Shown here: in pieces, positions 40,575 through 54,230 of the stretch
How the letters are laid out: each line of letters starts with the position of its first letter
Position numbering within the stretch: the first letter of the stretch is position 1
Origin: the human T2T-CHM13v2.0 reference genome, Homo sapiens
DNA: 64,000 nucleotides
Direction: 5' to 3' (one strand)
Assembly (NCBI RefSeq): GCF_009914755.1
Contig: NC_060931.1
Made by a program: the position numbers and the translations under genes
The notes under the pieces: model-generated
Database searches by the model: none
Told to the model about the DNA's origin: nothing
Seen by the model: only the letters and a program-made list of their open reading frames with translations

Positions 40575-41070
40575 ATACATCTACATAAAGACATGTACGC
40601 AAATGTTAATAACAGCATTATTCAAAATAGCCCAAAACTGGTAGTAATCCAAATGCCCATCAGCTGATGAATGGATGAACACATGAGGTATAGGCACACA
40701 ATAAAATACTATTCAGCAACGAAAAAGAGTAGACTGCTCATGTATTCAACAACATAGATGAACCTCAAAAAAATGTTAAGTGAAAGAAGACCGACACAAA
40801 TGGCTATATAGTGTACCATTCTATTAACAGAAAATTTCTAGAAAAGGTAAACTTATACACACAGAAGTAGATCCACAGTTGCCTAGGGCTATGGGTGGGA
40901 GTGGAAATTAACAACAAATGGGCACAAATAAATTTTAGGGGGTGATGGAAATGTTCTAAAACAGAATTGAGGTAATTTTACACAAATACACAAATTTACC
41001 AAAATTTATCACATTGTACACTTATATTTGGTTAATTTATGCTATGTAAAATTATAAATTATATCTCAAT
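40575..41070 (+). mobile_element. L1MB-like 3' end
   Basis: CAGCATTATTCAAAATAGCCCAAAACTGG...GATGAACCTCAAAA...GGGTGATGGAAATGTTCTAAAAC...AAATTATATCTCAAT. Confidence 0.8.
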
Positions 41071-43444
41071 ATACGTTTTTTTAACTTTAGCTGACTCCTA
41101 AATGATGCACTTGCCAGACAAAATCGAGATAAAGATTCTTAACAATTAACTGTGATTTTAGCTGCCACACAAGAGACAGCGTTTGATGCTTGAGTCCACC
41201 CGAGTTTAATATCTGAAAAAAAAATCAGAACTTTTGGAAGACTATAAAAGAATGCACAATATAACCCTGACAGTGCCCAGGGTATAGAAATTACTGAATA
41301 TATTTTTAAAACAGGAAGTATTACTTTTCTCGACAGAAAAGATAGAATATTGTTATACTAATGTTGGTAAATATATACACCAACCCTGGATGATACAGAA
41401 GTTGGAATTAGTAGGCAAAGATTTTAAAGTAGCTGTTATAACTATGGTCAGTGAAATAAGGAAAAATATGTTAGCAATAAATAAAATAATAGGAAATCTC
41501 AGTAAAGATAAATAAAATATGAAATATTTTGAAATATTTATTAAAATAAGCTAACGAATTCTAAAACTAAAAAATAAAATGTCTGAAATTGTAAAAAGAA
41601 TCATTATATAGGTTTAGCAGCAAAATAGAGATGACAGAGCAACTAGTCAGTGAACTTGATAATACAATAGAAATAGTCCAATCTGAAGAATAGACAAAAA
41701 AATTAAAAAGATTGGAAGAAAATGAGCAGAGTCTCAGAGAACTCTAAGACAATATCAAAAGACATAACATATGTATAATTGGAATCACAGAATGACAGGA
41801 AAGAATGTGGCAAAAAAAATTTGAAAAATTAGCCAAATTTTTCCAAAATTGGGTAAAAGGCATAAATATAAAGCTTGAAAAAGCTCGGTGACCCTCAAAC
41901 ATGATAAATGAAGAAGCTATGTGTAAATACATCGTAGTCTTAACTGCTGAAAACCAGAGAAAAAGAGAACTCTTGAAAGAAGCCAGAAAAAGAATAACAT
42001 AATTACATAAGGTTCAAATCATCCCAGATTTTGCATCTGACACTGTGTAGGCCATAATTCCATAAACAAATATCTTCAAAGTTCTGGAAAAAAAGTGTCA
42101 ACTCAGAATTTCATATGCAGCAAATATATCCTATTGGACTGAAAGTGAAATACTATAATACAATTTTCAAATAAAAGAAAACTAGGAAAATGTGTCTTCT
42201 AGCAAATCTGCTGAAATCCTAAATAAAATTCTTCAAACTGAAGAGAAATTATACCAGCTGAAAACTCAGATCATCAGGAAGGAATGAAGATGCTTGGAAA
42301 TATAATATCTGGGTAAATATAAAAAACTACTACTTAATCTCTTTAAAATATATCTAGGTATTTAGGTCAAAAACTATAAAACTTATTGAGGATTTATAGT
42401 GTATGTGGATGTAATCATACATGATAATTGTGCTATATATAATGCACAATACATCATGATATATGATCATATCATTATATCACATAAAGGATAGGTGGGG
42501 GAATATTAAGCCTATATGATAGTAAAGTTTCCACATTTTGTGTAGGCTAAATGTCCCTATTTACTCTAAATTAGGTACCCTATTAACTCTAAATTAAGAG
42601 TAAAAAGTTATACACATTAACCCCCAGAGCAACCACTTTACCTGGGATTATAATCTCCTAAAAAGCAAGACCTTTGCTTTATTCACTTTTCATTCTGAAT
42701 CACTAACCACAGAGTAGCAAGTCTAGTGAAACTGAATAGAAATAATGAAACAATATTTGTTTAGGTGTTTTGAATCAACTTTTTAAAACTGGAATTGCTC
42801 ACAATCGAAGCATAATTCTATTCATAGCACAATGTTTAGCATATAGAAAAGACATGATAAATGCAATCATAATAAGTAGTAGTGTTCTTAATGATGTCTT
42901 TGGAACACAATAATGTCATGAGTCATTCTTTCTGAATCTTCAAAGGATAATCAATTTATATTTAAATATAATCAACTTATGTATAAGAGCATGTGTTTCG
43001 AGTGCCCAAACTTGGGCTTGAGTTTCAGTGATTACCTACATGACTTCTCAATTTATTTACATGTAAAGTGAGATGATGATTTTAAAAGCTTACTTTACAG
43101 ACCTGTTTAGAAAATTAAATGAAATTTCATGTAAGTTGTTTAACATAGCACTTGGTACAAAGGAAGTGTTCAATTAATATTGGCTGCACTTATTGAAGGA
43201 AGCTTTAGGATTGATGATACTCAATACAAACTCTTTAAAAATGTGTAATCCATAGCTAATCATATATAAATCAACTCTGTACTAGTCAGAATATCTGATT
43301 AATCAGAATTTTCATTCCCAAACTTTGGGAGATCACTGTGTCATTTAACTCCACCATGTATGAAAGCCTCCACATTTTCAAACCATTAACAAATAAAAAA
43401 CAAGAATGGTGCTACTATCGTATCAGATGAAATAACAGCAACAT

Positions 43445-43753
43445 GGGTCAACAATTTCTTAGAAAACCCCATGGGACCTGATGTCCTTTGGAATTCAGAA
43501 TGTCTTGGATCTAAGTAAGTTGTGAATTATCTCATGTAACAACCCCAAGGGGTATGGCAGTAGCTCTTAATGAAACGCATTAATACTTCTACCATCCTAC
43601 ATATGAATATTCATGCAAAGTGGGATAAGTGAAGTTTATAAGTTGTCACAGATCAGTTCCGGTCAGATCTTACCACTGAATGAGTTTGCTACAAGATGAA
43701 CCAATTGTTTTCAGCTTTTCAATTTCAGAATTGCACATAAGGGATTGCAGACT
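43445..43753. mobile_element. MER46C-like TcMar-Tigger fossil
   Basis: Ends in ATTTCAGAATTGCACATAAGGGATTGCAGACT. Confidence 0.55.
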
Positions 43754-43759
43754 TAAGAA

Positions 43760-43995
43760 AACAAACACTTATATTGCATTAATCATGAGCCAGGCATGTT
43801 CTAAATGCTTTACATATCAACATATTGATCCACAGCAAGCCTATCAGGTAGACATTATGATTATCCCCATGTTACAAATGAGAAAACTGAGGCACAAAAA
43901 GGTTAAGTAATTTACCCACAGTTGCATACTGAATAAGGTGTATAAAGAATGAGGATTCTGTTCTGGAGCTTATTCCTTAATCATCTTGCTATGTT
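43760..43995 (-). mobile_element. MIR (MIRb-like)
   Basis: TTATCCCCATGTTACAAATGAGAAAACTGAGGCACAAAAAGGTTAAGTAATTTACCCA. Confidence 0.85.
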
Positions 43996-46900
43996 GGTTC
44001 TTTGAAATCTAATTTATGTCCTAATTATCTGTAAAGTAATGTATTTAAAGGTCATCTTAAATAACAATTTCTAAATTCAGCAGGATATCAGTCAGCATCT
44101 GGCCCAAGGGACCCTTAAGACTGTAGAAAAATTTTCCTGCTCTGCAGGCACCCTTGCACTGTGAACAGAAATAGAAAATCTTACTCAAGTACCAATATGT
44201 ACAATATTCACCAATATGTACCAATACCACATTTGTTTTTCTCTGCCATACTGGCAGTGAAAGAAATAGCAGGGGTGAGAAATTGGTGGGGGAGGCAAGC
44301 AGAATGGAAAATAACATGTGAAAAGCAATAGAATCCCAAGTGGGTAGCTTTGCTCCTTCCCATGTGTTCATTTTTACTTTTGGAAGAACAGGGTGGCAGG
44401 TTGTCTGGGCTTGACTAGAAGTCACATTGCATTGAGTCTCCTGGACCTCCTCTTGAGGAATTACATAAAAGTCACATTAGAATGCTGGTTATTGATTTAG
44501 AACATTTCTCACCTCTGATTCACTGAATGATTTGAATACAACTTGAAAAGCTTTACCAGAGTTTTCTGTATCTTAAATTCAACTACAAACATACAATGGC
44601 TTCTGTGATGTCTCTGTAGTGACTATAACAAATCATCATCTCTTCTTTGAAAACCAAGTGATCAGCACTTTCCAAATGTAATTTCTGTGTAGGTATATAT
44701 TAACCATATTCCATTCCCATATCTACTGTTTAGCTGATTGCCTTTACAATATAGGACATTACAGTTAAAGGTACATTTTTAAAAATTAGATGTTTTCACT
44801 GCTAGTCAGAGACACAAAGTATTTATTGTGTCCTGTATCCCAGATATAGTCAAATCTAGACTATGCCTAAAAAGTTGAACATAATTTTAATTATATATCT
44901 AATTCCTGTTGGAAAACAATCTGCCTTATTTTATACTCTTGTTTTAGTATTCTCATTTCATGCCCTGGGCCCCCAGGTAATCACAACCTTAGCTGTTACA
45001 TTTGAAAGACAAGTTATGTGAGATTAGATTTGATTCTGCTTGGTGAAAATGTTAGTTCACTGTAATATTGTATTTATGGTATCCAGAGATACATACATAC
45101 AGAAGGTAAAGAAGTCTAAGAATCAGAGGGTACAAGAAACTGCTAATTATAAAACAATGTAAAACTAAGTTAGATGGATCCATCTTAAAAGATCTGGAAA
45201 ACAAATGAGAATATAACAATAAGTGAACCACCTCCAGATCCCGGCTTGGCATACCATCAAGAAGTATTTTAAAAAATTGCTTAAGATCAAATGGACAAAA
45301 GTGGAAAAGGACAAAACTATACAGATGAAACTTTCAAATAACTCAGTAGCCCCTATTATCTCTCTCCCCAAGGGCAGAAGAGCCATTACTGCCGCTGTGG
45401 GAGAGTGAAATATTCTCCTCATTGCAGAATTGAACCAATCTCCCTCTTGTATGGGTGATCACAGCAAGGGTAAGTACACTAAGTGAATCAGGGAAAGAGA
45501 TTGCCGGCAGGAATGTCTGCAGACAAGGCGTGAAAGAGCTCTTTTCTGGGTTTTATCAGGGCAATCACATTAAGGTAAGAGAAACTTTCAATCAACCAGG
45601 AAGAAAAGGTTATTATCCCAGAAGTCCTCTTTTTCACCTGGTACAATTCAACATTATGTGGTAAGAAGGAAACTAGCACTTGAACACCACAGTGGGCTAG
45701 GCACCTTGATGGGTATGTTGTTTGTGAACTCATCTGATGTTATAATAAGTTCTGTGATTGGATATCTGCTCTCATTATACTGATGAGACTAAAGCAAAGA
45801 CTCCAGGTAACTCATCCACCGTCACTCTACTAGTAAGCAAGAAGATAGAATTCAAATACAGATCAGTGTAACTTCATATGTTCTTCCCACTGCTCTTGGG
45901 AAACTTTTGCCTTCCAGATTCCCTCCTTCTTTTCTTTCTTCTCAAAAATACAGACTCATTCACCTCTCTCTAATAAGAATCAGGAATTCTCCAATCTAGG
46001 ACATCCTTGCTGCCCCTCAAAAAGAGACTTCTCTTCAATCGAATATTTTCCCTTGAACATCTTCAGGAAATGCCACCTACAAAGACACTTTGGATTGGCA
46101 AAGAGCAGAGTCAGGACAAAAAGACAAAACTCTTTAAAGATGTGATTTTCTGAAATGGAGGGAATGGACATTGTTTTTATTTGTAATATAAATGAATCTT
46201 GGTAGTTTGGGTTTAGATCCATTCTAGATCACCCCTCAAAGTGGTACCTGTGGACCCAGGGTTCAATCATGGCCAACAATGCCTAGACTATAGACTCTGC
46301 AGAGGATGCTGCTACACAAGGGTCTGTGGATGCATCTGGGGATGGGGGATGTGGAAGTGGACATTGAGCAATCCCCAAACCCTTTCCTTTACTTTCTTCA
46401 TTGACCTTTGTCACATACCACACTTTACTGGAAATGTAAGGAAAAACAAAATTAGTGTGGGGCAAGAAATTTGAAACTATATATTAAATATGACTTTCCC
46501 AACAGTCCAGAGGTCAACCAGCTACAAGCCACAACAGAGCTTAATTTCACGTATGTTCCAATGTAGTTTGCACAATTCAGGGTATCGTCTTTGCAGTTAC
46601 TAAAGCATGCGAGGGTCTGGAATCCAAGGATAAGTGCATGGACAGTGTTTACGCATATTTCATCCAGTTGGTAATGAGGGATGATGAAGTACTCTCATTA
46701 CCGAATACTTCAGAGACCAGAAATTTTTCAGACCTTCAGATCTAGCATCTCTTCTGCTCCTCACCCAGATGACCCTTTCTGCCTTCTTTAACAGTAAATA
46801 ACAGTCAATACATTTTTTTCATAAATTCTGTATGACTCAATTTTGTTAAGCTCTCAGCTTTTTGAGAATACGTGTGACTTCTATGTGCTGCCTAAATACA

Positions 46901-48214
46901 CATTTTTTAAATTGTGCTTGTTATCTTAATTTATACCTCATTTTATAAAGGACACCTGGCAAGAGCGAAAGTCAATAGTAGACTTCTCCTGTACTCAGTA
47001 CATAAAGGATTACAGTTTTCCCTAAGGCTGGGAGATGACGGAAGATGGACCTTTAACGGTTAAACTTAGCACACAGTACTGATGAAAGGAGATATAAAAG
47101 CGAGAGATGAAGCTCTCAGGCCAATGAAATTGACTGCATCCTGAGATGGCATTAACTGTTAAAGAATGTTTACTGAACCTGTTTATTTTGTTGTGATTTT
47201 ATGTTCATCAAGTAAGCTTCAGGTCATAATTGACATTTCATGTTCACTTATCTACACAGACAGAATGGACTGTTCATAGACTATAGTTCTCTGGTTAGTG
47301 GAACACTTCTATTTCCCATTAAAAATTAATGAATTGGCACTCAATTTTAGACATCAGCCTTGTGAGTTTGGTTTCCATGAATCTGTCACTGAGAAATGCA
47401 TCCATTCTCATGAGTCGACAAAAACTTTAGGGCTTCAAGCCTAGACAAGCTCAGGGCCATATCTTTTGATAAATTCACCAAAGTAAAGCCCCCATGCATG
47501 GTTCTGCGGGGTATTTAGAGAGCCAGCTGCTGCCACCTCTCACTGACAGAGTCTGTCTTTGCATTCCTGCTTCTGAGCAATGGTGTTAACTATAGCAGCC
47601 CATTAATTTTTGGCATCCTACTCAGCCTTATGCACAGGAATCTATAACAAAAAGAACATATTCTTTACCTCTAATTGGGGAGGAAAATGCACTTTTGTTG
47701 TTTTCCCAGCCCACCTTGTGTCAGTTGTCACTTTTAGTGGGAAAAACTAAATTAAAGATGGGAAAGTCAGTAATCACCACCCTCCCTGAGCTACCAAGCA
47801 CACCAAGCTAATACATAAAATAAAACACTTTAAAAAATACTCCAGACTTACAGACTTTTTCCAATTTATGATACATGTTGACTTTTGCTAGTTTTGATAA
47901 AGAAATACAAGATTATTTTCCTGTGCAATTTCCCTCGGTCTTGAACATCTGAAAGCAGACAGATTTACAAATCCATCATCAAGGTAGGATACTGTAAATA
48001 CATTTTATTCATGTTTACTCATGTTATCTAGAGAAATGTTTGCTTTTCCTGCTGTTTCTGGGAAAAAGTGAGAGCTCTGCTTTACAGGACTACCACAAAC
48101 AACAGTAATATAATTTCATAACAACCAACATAAAGAAGCACTTCTCTATCATTTTACAGATTATTTTGAATTCAATTAACTGATATTAATATTTCTTAAG
48201 TCCCTAATATGCAC

Positions 48215-48388
48215 CTAGATCACCCCTCAAAGTGGTGATTGATGTTATAATAAGTTCTGTGATTGGATATCTTCTGCTCTCATTATACTGATGAGACTAA
48301 AGCAAATAATCCAGGTAACTCATCCACCATCACTCTACTAGTAAGCAAGAAGATGAAATTCAAATACAGATCTGCGTAACTTCATATG
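48215..48388 (+). repeat. Composite local duplicate of 46224-46245 + 45735-45880
   Basis: A 22/22 match followed by a ~146-bp match with 7 substitutions and one 3-nt indel. Confidence 0.92.
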
Positions 48389-48841
48389 CTTGGGGGGAGG
48401 AATCCCGAAGTTTGTATTCATGAAAATGTTACATTTGAAGTAGGTTTTATGTGTTTATTTGAAATTATGTTGAAACAGAGACAGGTGGGGGTCTTCATTG
48501 GTTGTCTTATTGCTATCACAAAAATCCAGCTTATTTTCTAGAAAAATGAAATAAGATTCATAAGCCTCAGTTCTAACTATATGGTGGGCAAAAGAGAATT
48601 AAAATTTAACTCAAACATCTCAGCCACAGAAGTCTTTTGTGGTCCTAGTGGTTGTTAATAACCCTTGAAACTTATTAATCGAAGGACGGTATGCTTCTGT
48701 TGCTAGAAACTATGCAGCTTCACCATAAAGCCACCCTATTAAATTCATCAATAAAACCTTGGAGGAGGCTGAGGCAGGAAGATCGCATTAGGCCAGGAGT
48801 GGAGTTCATCCCACACACTGAATTTAGATGGCTTAGATATA

Positions 48842-49209
48842 TTTTCTTTCTTTCTTCCTTTTTTCTTTTTCTTTCTTTCTTTTCTTTCTTTCTTTCTTTC
48901 TTTCTTTCTTTTCTTTCTTTTTCTTTCTTTCTTTCTTTTTCTTTCTTCCTTTTTCTTTCTTTCTTTCTCTCTCTGTCTCTTTCTTTCTTTCTTTCTTTCC
49001 TTTTCTCTTTCTTTCTTTCTTTCCTTTTCTTTCTTTCTTTCTTTCTGTCTTTCTCTCTTTCTTTTGGACAAGATCTCACTCTGTCACCCAAGCTGGAGTG
49101 CAGTATAGATCATGGCTCACTGCAGCCTCAGACTCCTGAATTTATGTGATCCTCCCACCTCAGCCTCCCAAAGTGCTGGGATTACAGGCATGAGCCACCA
49201 TGCCCAGCC
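48842..49209 (-). mobile_element. Monomer-length Alu with a ~220-bp (GAAA)n-expanded tail
   Basis: (TTTC)n-rich tract at 48842-49062, then right-arm 3' end fused to left-arm 5' end. Confidence 0.88.
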
Positions 49210-49311
49210 TGTATTTTTTTGTTGGCATCTTTGTTACCTTCTTTCTTTGGTGTAGCATTTTTAATCTCCCTTCTGGATCTCATCTCAACTTCTGTTTATC
49301 TAGCGTCTTTC

Positions 49312-49848
49312 TTTTTTTTAATTTTATTATTATTATACTTTAAGTTTTAGGGTACATGTGCACAACGTGCAGGTTTGTTACATATGTATACATGTGCCAT
49401 GTTGGTGTGCTGCACCCATTAACTCGTCATTTAGCATTAGGTATATCTCCTAATGCTATCCCTCCCCGCTCTCCCCACCCCACAACAGACCCCAGTGTGT
49501 GATGTTCCCCTTCCTGTGTCCATGTGTTCTCACTGTTCAATTCCCACCTATGAGTGAGAACATGCGGTGTTTGGTTTTTTGACCTTGTGATAGTTTGCTG
49601 AGAATGATGGTTTCCAGTTTCATCCATGTCCCTACAAAGGACATGAACTCATCATTTATTATGGCTGCATAGTATTCCATGGTGTATATGTGCCACATTT
49701 TCTTAATCCAGTCTATCATTGTTGGACATTTAAGTTGGTTCCAAGTCTTTGCTATTGTGAATAGTGCCACTATAAACATACATGTGCATGTGTCTTTATA
49801 GCAGCATGATTTATAATCCTTTGGGTATATACCCAGTAATGGGATGGC
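49312..49848 (-). mobile_element. 5'-truncated young L1PA (PA3-5-like)
   Basis: Minus frame reads MFIVALFTIAKTWNQLKCP...KTKHRMFSLIGGN*; TSD TTATCYAGCGTCTTTC at 49296-49311 and 49849-49864. Confidence 0.95.
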
Positions 49849-49956
49849 TTATCCAGCGTCTTTCATAAAGTCTCTCAATAACTCCAAACTGAACTGTCTT
49901 CTCTAGTCTCTGTACTTTCTTGTCTAGTCTCTGTGACTTAATATACAGTAGACACC

Positions 49957-50702
49957 TGTCATTAGCCATTCTACTTCTTCATTGCACTCTAACCTCCTTT
50001 TAGGAAGTAATATCCCCTCTATGTGTATGATCAGAGTTGGAGATCACATTGGGGGTGTCTGCCTTGCGAAGTTCCCATCTCTAAGTACAGTCAGGAGGTG
50101 GCCACACGACCTAACCTTAGCCCATTGAATGCTCCTGTCCCATGCAGTGAATATGAGCAAGTGAGGCAAGAACAATATGAATGGTTGACGGTCACATACA
50201 ATGACGTCAACATAACAGCAGAATCAACATAACAGCAGGCTGTTCCCACCATGCTATGGTAGCTCTATTTCAGCTTCTCTGCTCTATCCATTATCCACCC
50301 GAGTTCATTTTTATTTTATTTTATTTTTTTCTTGAGACAGGGTCTCAGTCTGTTGCCCAGGCTGGAGTGCAGTGGCATGATCATGGCTTACTGTAGCCTC
50401 GACCTGCCAGGCTCAGGTGATCCTCCCACCTCAGCCTCCTGAGTAATGGGGACCACAGACACGCACCACCACGCCTGGCTAATTTCTGTACTTTTTTTGT
50501 AGAGACTGGGTTTTGTCATGTTGCCCAGGCTAGTCTCAGCTCCCTGGTACAGCTCCCTGGTATCCTCCATATTTGCAAGCCTGGCCCCCTACCTAGCCTG
50601 CAACATATTTTCAGAGTGCCTGTTATCTTTCAAATAACCTCAACTTTTGCTTAATTTAGTCAATGGACTTCTGTTGCTTGCAACTAATATTCCTTACTAA
50701 TA
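49957..50702 (+). mobile_element. Old MLT1-like MaLR LTR interrupted by a duplicated Alu segment
   Basis: 3' end TTTTGCTTAATTTAGTCAATGGACTTCTGTTGCTTGCAACTAA...CTAATA. Confidence 0.55.
50302..50535 (-). repeat. Partial AluJ, near-identical duplicate of 53289-53523
   Basis: Identical over ~234 bp except one T in a homopolymer; no TSD of its own. Confidence 0.95.
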
Positions 50703-52497
50703 TGCTATATAAATCAGCACTTGCTTATGTCTTTTCCCTAATTTTTGTATTTAATTTTTATCTCATCAATAGAATTTTAAGTTACATACTTAATATTTAG
50801 TAAATACTGACAATCTTAAGGTAATAGAAAACATAAACTGAAGAGGGACTTAAAAATAAGTTATACTGAAATCAATTAATTCAGTTAATAAGAATATTTT
50901 CTTATTTGTCTTTATGCAGATAACCATATTTTGTTATTTCAAAGGAAAATGTTAGTAGAGAAATCTGTTACCCTGTTCTTTTTCATGATGATGAGCCTGG
51001 GATGCTTCCAAATATAGTTTGTTCTTGTAGCTAACACCTGACAACTAACTTGCTCTAGTCAGTAAAGCTGTGCCTTGAAGAAAAAGGAAAGAAAAAAGAA
51101 AAAAACAAGTTATAAATGAAGAAACAGACACTATACCTAAAATAATTTGCCACAGTTCACAGAGTTGGCAGTGGAATCATGACTAGAACAAGGATTACCC
51201 GTTCTGCTGTTTATTGCTCTTTCTACCAGAACAAGCTTCCTTCTTGTTCATTAAGTGATTTTTTGAAAACATTAAGACTAAACTATGAATCATATTCTCA
51301 GATAATATTCAAAGAGAATATAATATGCATTCAAACAAGGAGTCCTAAGAGCAGTTACAGAGCACTCTAACAAAACAATAGAACTGCATCCGTCATTTTA
51401 GGACGTCATCTTGCGCAGCTAATGGAACACAGGAAATAATTCCCAAGAATGTGCCAAAGAAAGTAATTTCCCATAAGAACCCAAGGAAATATACTGCTAT
51501 AGTGATGACTGCAATAACTGACATAAAATTCATAAGCCTTCATTTATCATAAGCTTTATAGGGTTATTTCCATACTGAACAGAAATTTTTTCTGTTTCTT
51601 CCATGAGACAGCTGCAATACTTATGTTCCAAGACTAACTAAAAGGTATCATGTTGGATTCAGAGTGACTATTTGCATAAGTGTAGCAGGTAGAAGTTTAA
51701 GGGTTGTGCTGAGAGGTCAGTAATTCATATTAAAGAAGCCAGAAACATTGCTGCAAGAAAGCTAAGCACGTGTCCCTTACAGGCTGCACATTCTTTAACA
51801 TGTTTTATGGAAGAATGGTACTCTAATGAGAGACAATGGGCTTACTGCTCCTGGCAGAGACTTTTATCTCTGGAGTTTAAAGACTTCTATCTCTTTAAGT
51901 CCAAGAGGAAAGGTTTCCTGTTCTGGATTTTAAATCAGAAATATCAAAGAGCAGAACTTTTAGCCACCATGCCTTCATTATTTTCTATACATTTTCTATG
52001 TGCTACCACATTAATTGTTTCTATACATTTTCTATATGCTAGCAAATTAATACCTTTCTCTTGGCATGATTAACATGAACTATTTATAACAACACTTGGG
52101 TCTATTATTTCAATCTTTTAAGCAAATAATATCATCCAGACCCTAGTTGTTAATTATAACTACTTAAGTATGTACACATGTTTGATGAACAAGAATTTAA
52201 TCCTTAAGTATGGAGAGCTAAGTGAGATGAAAATTGGAATAGTATAAATGAATTTTTTGTAACTGTCTAGGTATAATAGTAGCAATGAGGGCATAAGGAA
52301 ACAAATGTGAGATGTCTTAGTATTTTCTTGCCCCTGAGACCAGAATTATTTGGCATTGTATGAATGTATGATCCATTAAATAAAATTAAGTTAACAAATC
52401 CAGAGTCTTCTACAAGAATACTAGGGCCAAGAAAATGCTTAAAATTTTTTTTGAGGAAAGCAAAATAGCAATCAAAATATTCTACCACGGCACATAG

Positions 52498-52923
<426 letters not shown>

Positions 52924-53294
52924 TACGTGTTTCACGCTTTTGCTCCAGAGTTTGGAATGAGTGGCTGTTTCTTATCATGGAAGCTCTCAACCCAAACAGG
53001 CCCTCCTGACAACCAGAGCAAATGTAGCCTCCTACTACTCCCTTCTTCGTAGTTACTTTCTACTCATTATTCTGCTTCATAGCATTACCACCAAACAAAA
53101 TCATCCCCCTTATTTGTAGTTTATTTATAGTTGGATCTCTATGGAGGAACAAACATGAAACAGTTTTATTTTTTTCCAATCACTGCCTTTAGCCTTGCAC
53201 TGTGCAATTTTCCTTTCCTGCCTCTTAACAATAACTCAGGCTGCTCTCAAAGCTGTTGGGTCACTTTCTGTTATCAAAAATCCACTCAAGTTCA

Positions 53295-53585
53295 TTTTTA
53301 TTTTATTTTATTTTTTTCTTGAGACAGGGTCTCAGTCTGTTGCCCAGGCTGGAGTGCAGTGGCATGATCATGGCTTACTGTAGCCTCGACCTGCCAGGCT
53401 CAGGTGATCCTCCCACCTCAGCCTCCTGAGTAATGGGGACCACAGACACGCACCACCACGCCTGGCTAATTTCTGTACTTTTTTTTGTAGAGACTGGGTT
53501 TTGTCATGTTGCCCAGGCTAGTCGGAGACTCCTGGGCTCAACTGATCTGCCTGCCTTGGCCTCCCAAAGTGCTGGAATTACAGGC
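53295..53585 (-). mobile_element. Alu (AluJ-like), donor of the 50.3-kb duplicate
   Basis: Near-full dimer; TSD AGTTCATYTTT on both sides. Confidence 0.93.
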
Positions 53586-54049
53586 TAGTTCATCTTTAAA
53601 GCTGAACTAGTTTTATTCTCTTTCTCAGATGTTTCTTCCTAATATCCCTCATTACATCTCTTCCCCATTCCTTCCAATACTACAGCTTCTGGAAAATAGA
53701 GACAATTATGAAAATTAGCTGAGGTCTATGTACGTGGCTGCCTTTTGGTGGTTCTCTCTTGGTTATTGAGGCTTCTCTGGCTAAGACTACCCGGCCTTTG
53801 ATATTTTCTTGCAGTAAGCCTCCAGCTGCTGGTCCTTCAGAAGACCCCGAGAGATTCCTGACACAGACAATCCCACTCCGGCTTGCTTCTTCTAATCCTT
53901 CAACAGTGGTTGCCCTGATGGTACCCACAAAGCACTTGATGTCAAGATCCTCACCAAGTGAGATACCAGGAAAGATCAGACTAATGCTTCTGTAATAAGC
54001 TGGTGACCAAACTGAAACTAGAATCAGCATGGTGGTGGTGATGGTGGCT

Positions 54050-54230
54050 TTTCCTTTCCCTTTCTTTCCTTCTCCTCTCTCCTCTTTAATTCTCATCAGT
54101 TCTCTCCTCCTTCTCCCCTTTCTTGTCCTCTCTCTCTCCCTCTCTTCCTCCCATCCCATAATCCCTTGTTCCTCTCTCTTTTCCTCTCTCCCCTCCTTTT
54201 TTCTTTCTTCCTCCTTCTTTTCTTCCTTTA
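54050..54230 (+). repeat. CT-rich low-complexity tract
   Basis: Pyrimidine-dominated degenerate repeat. Confidence 0.85.

Larger units (their letters stand above)
39430..42620 (+). mobile_element. Old L1M 5'/ORF1-region fossils with nested elements
   Basis: A-rich ORF1-like stretches (AGTCAGTGAACTTGA...AATAGAAATAGTCCAATCTGAAGAA...CATATGTATAATTGGAATCACAGAA...ATCTTCAAAGTTCTG). Confidence 0.6.

Noticed and set aside
48691-49149. F/S/L- and K/E/R-rich ORFs on both strands
   Set aside because: Artefacts of the (TTTC)n-expanded Alu tail.
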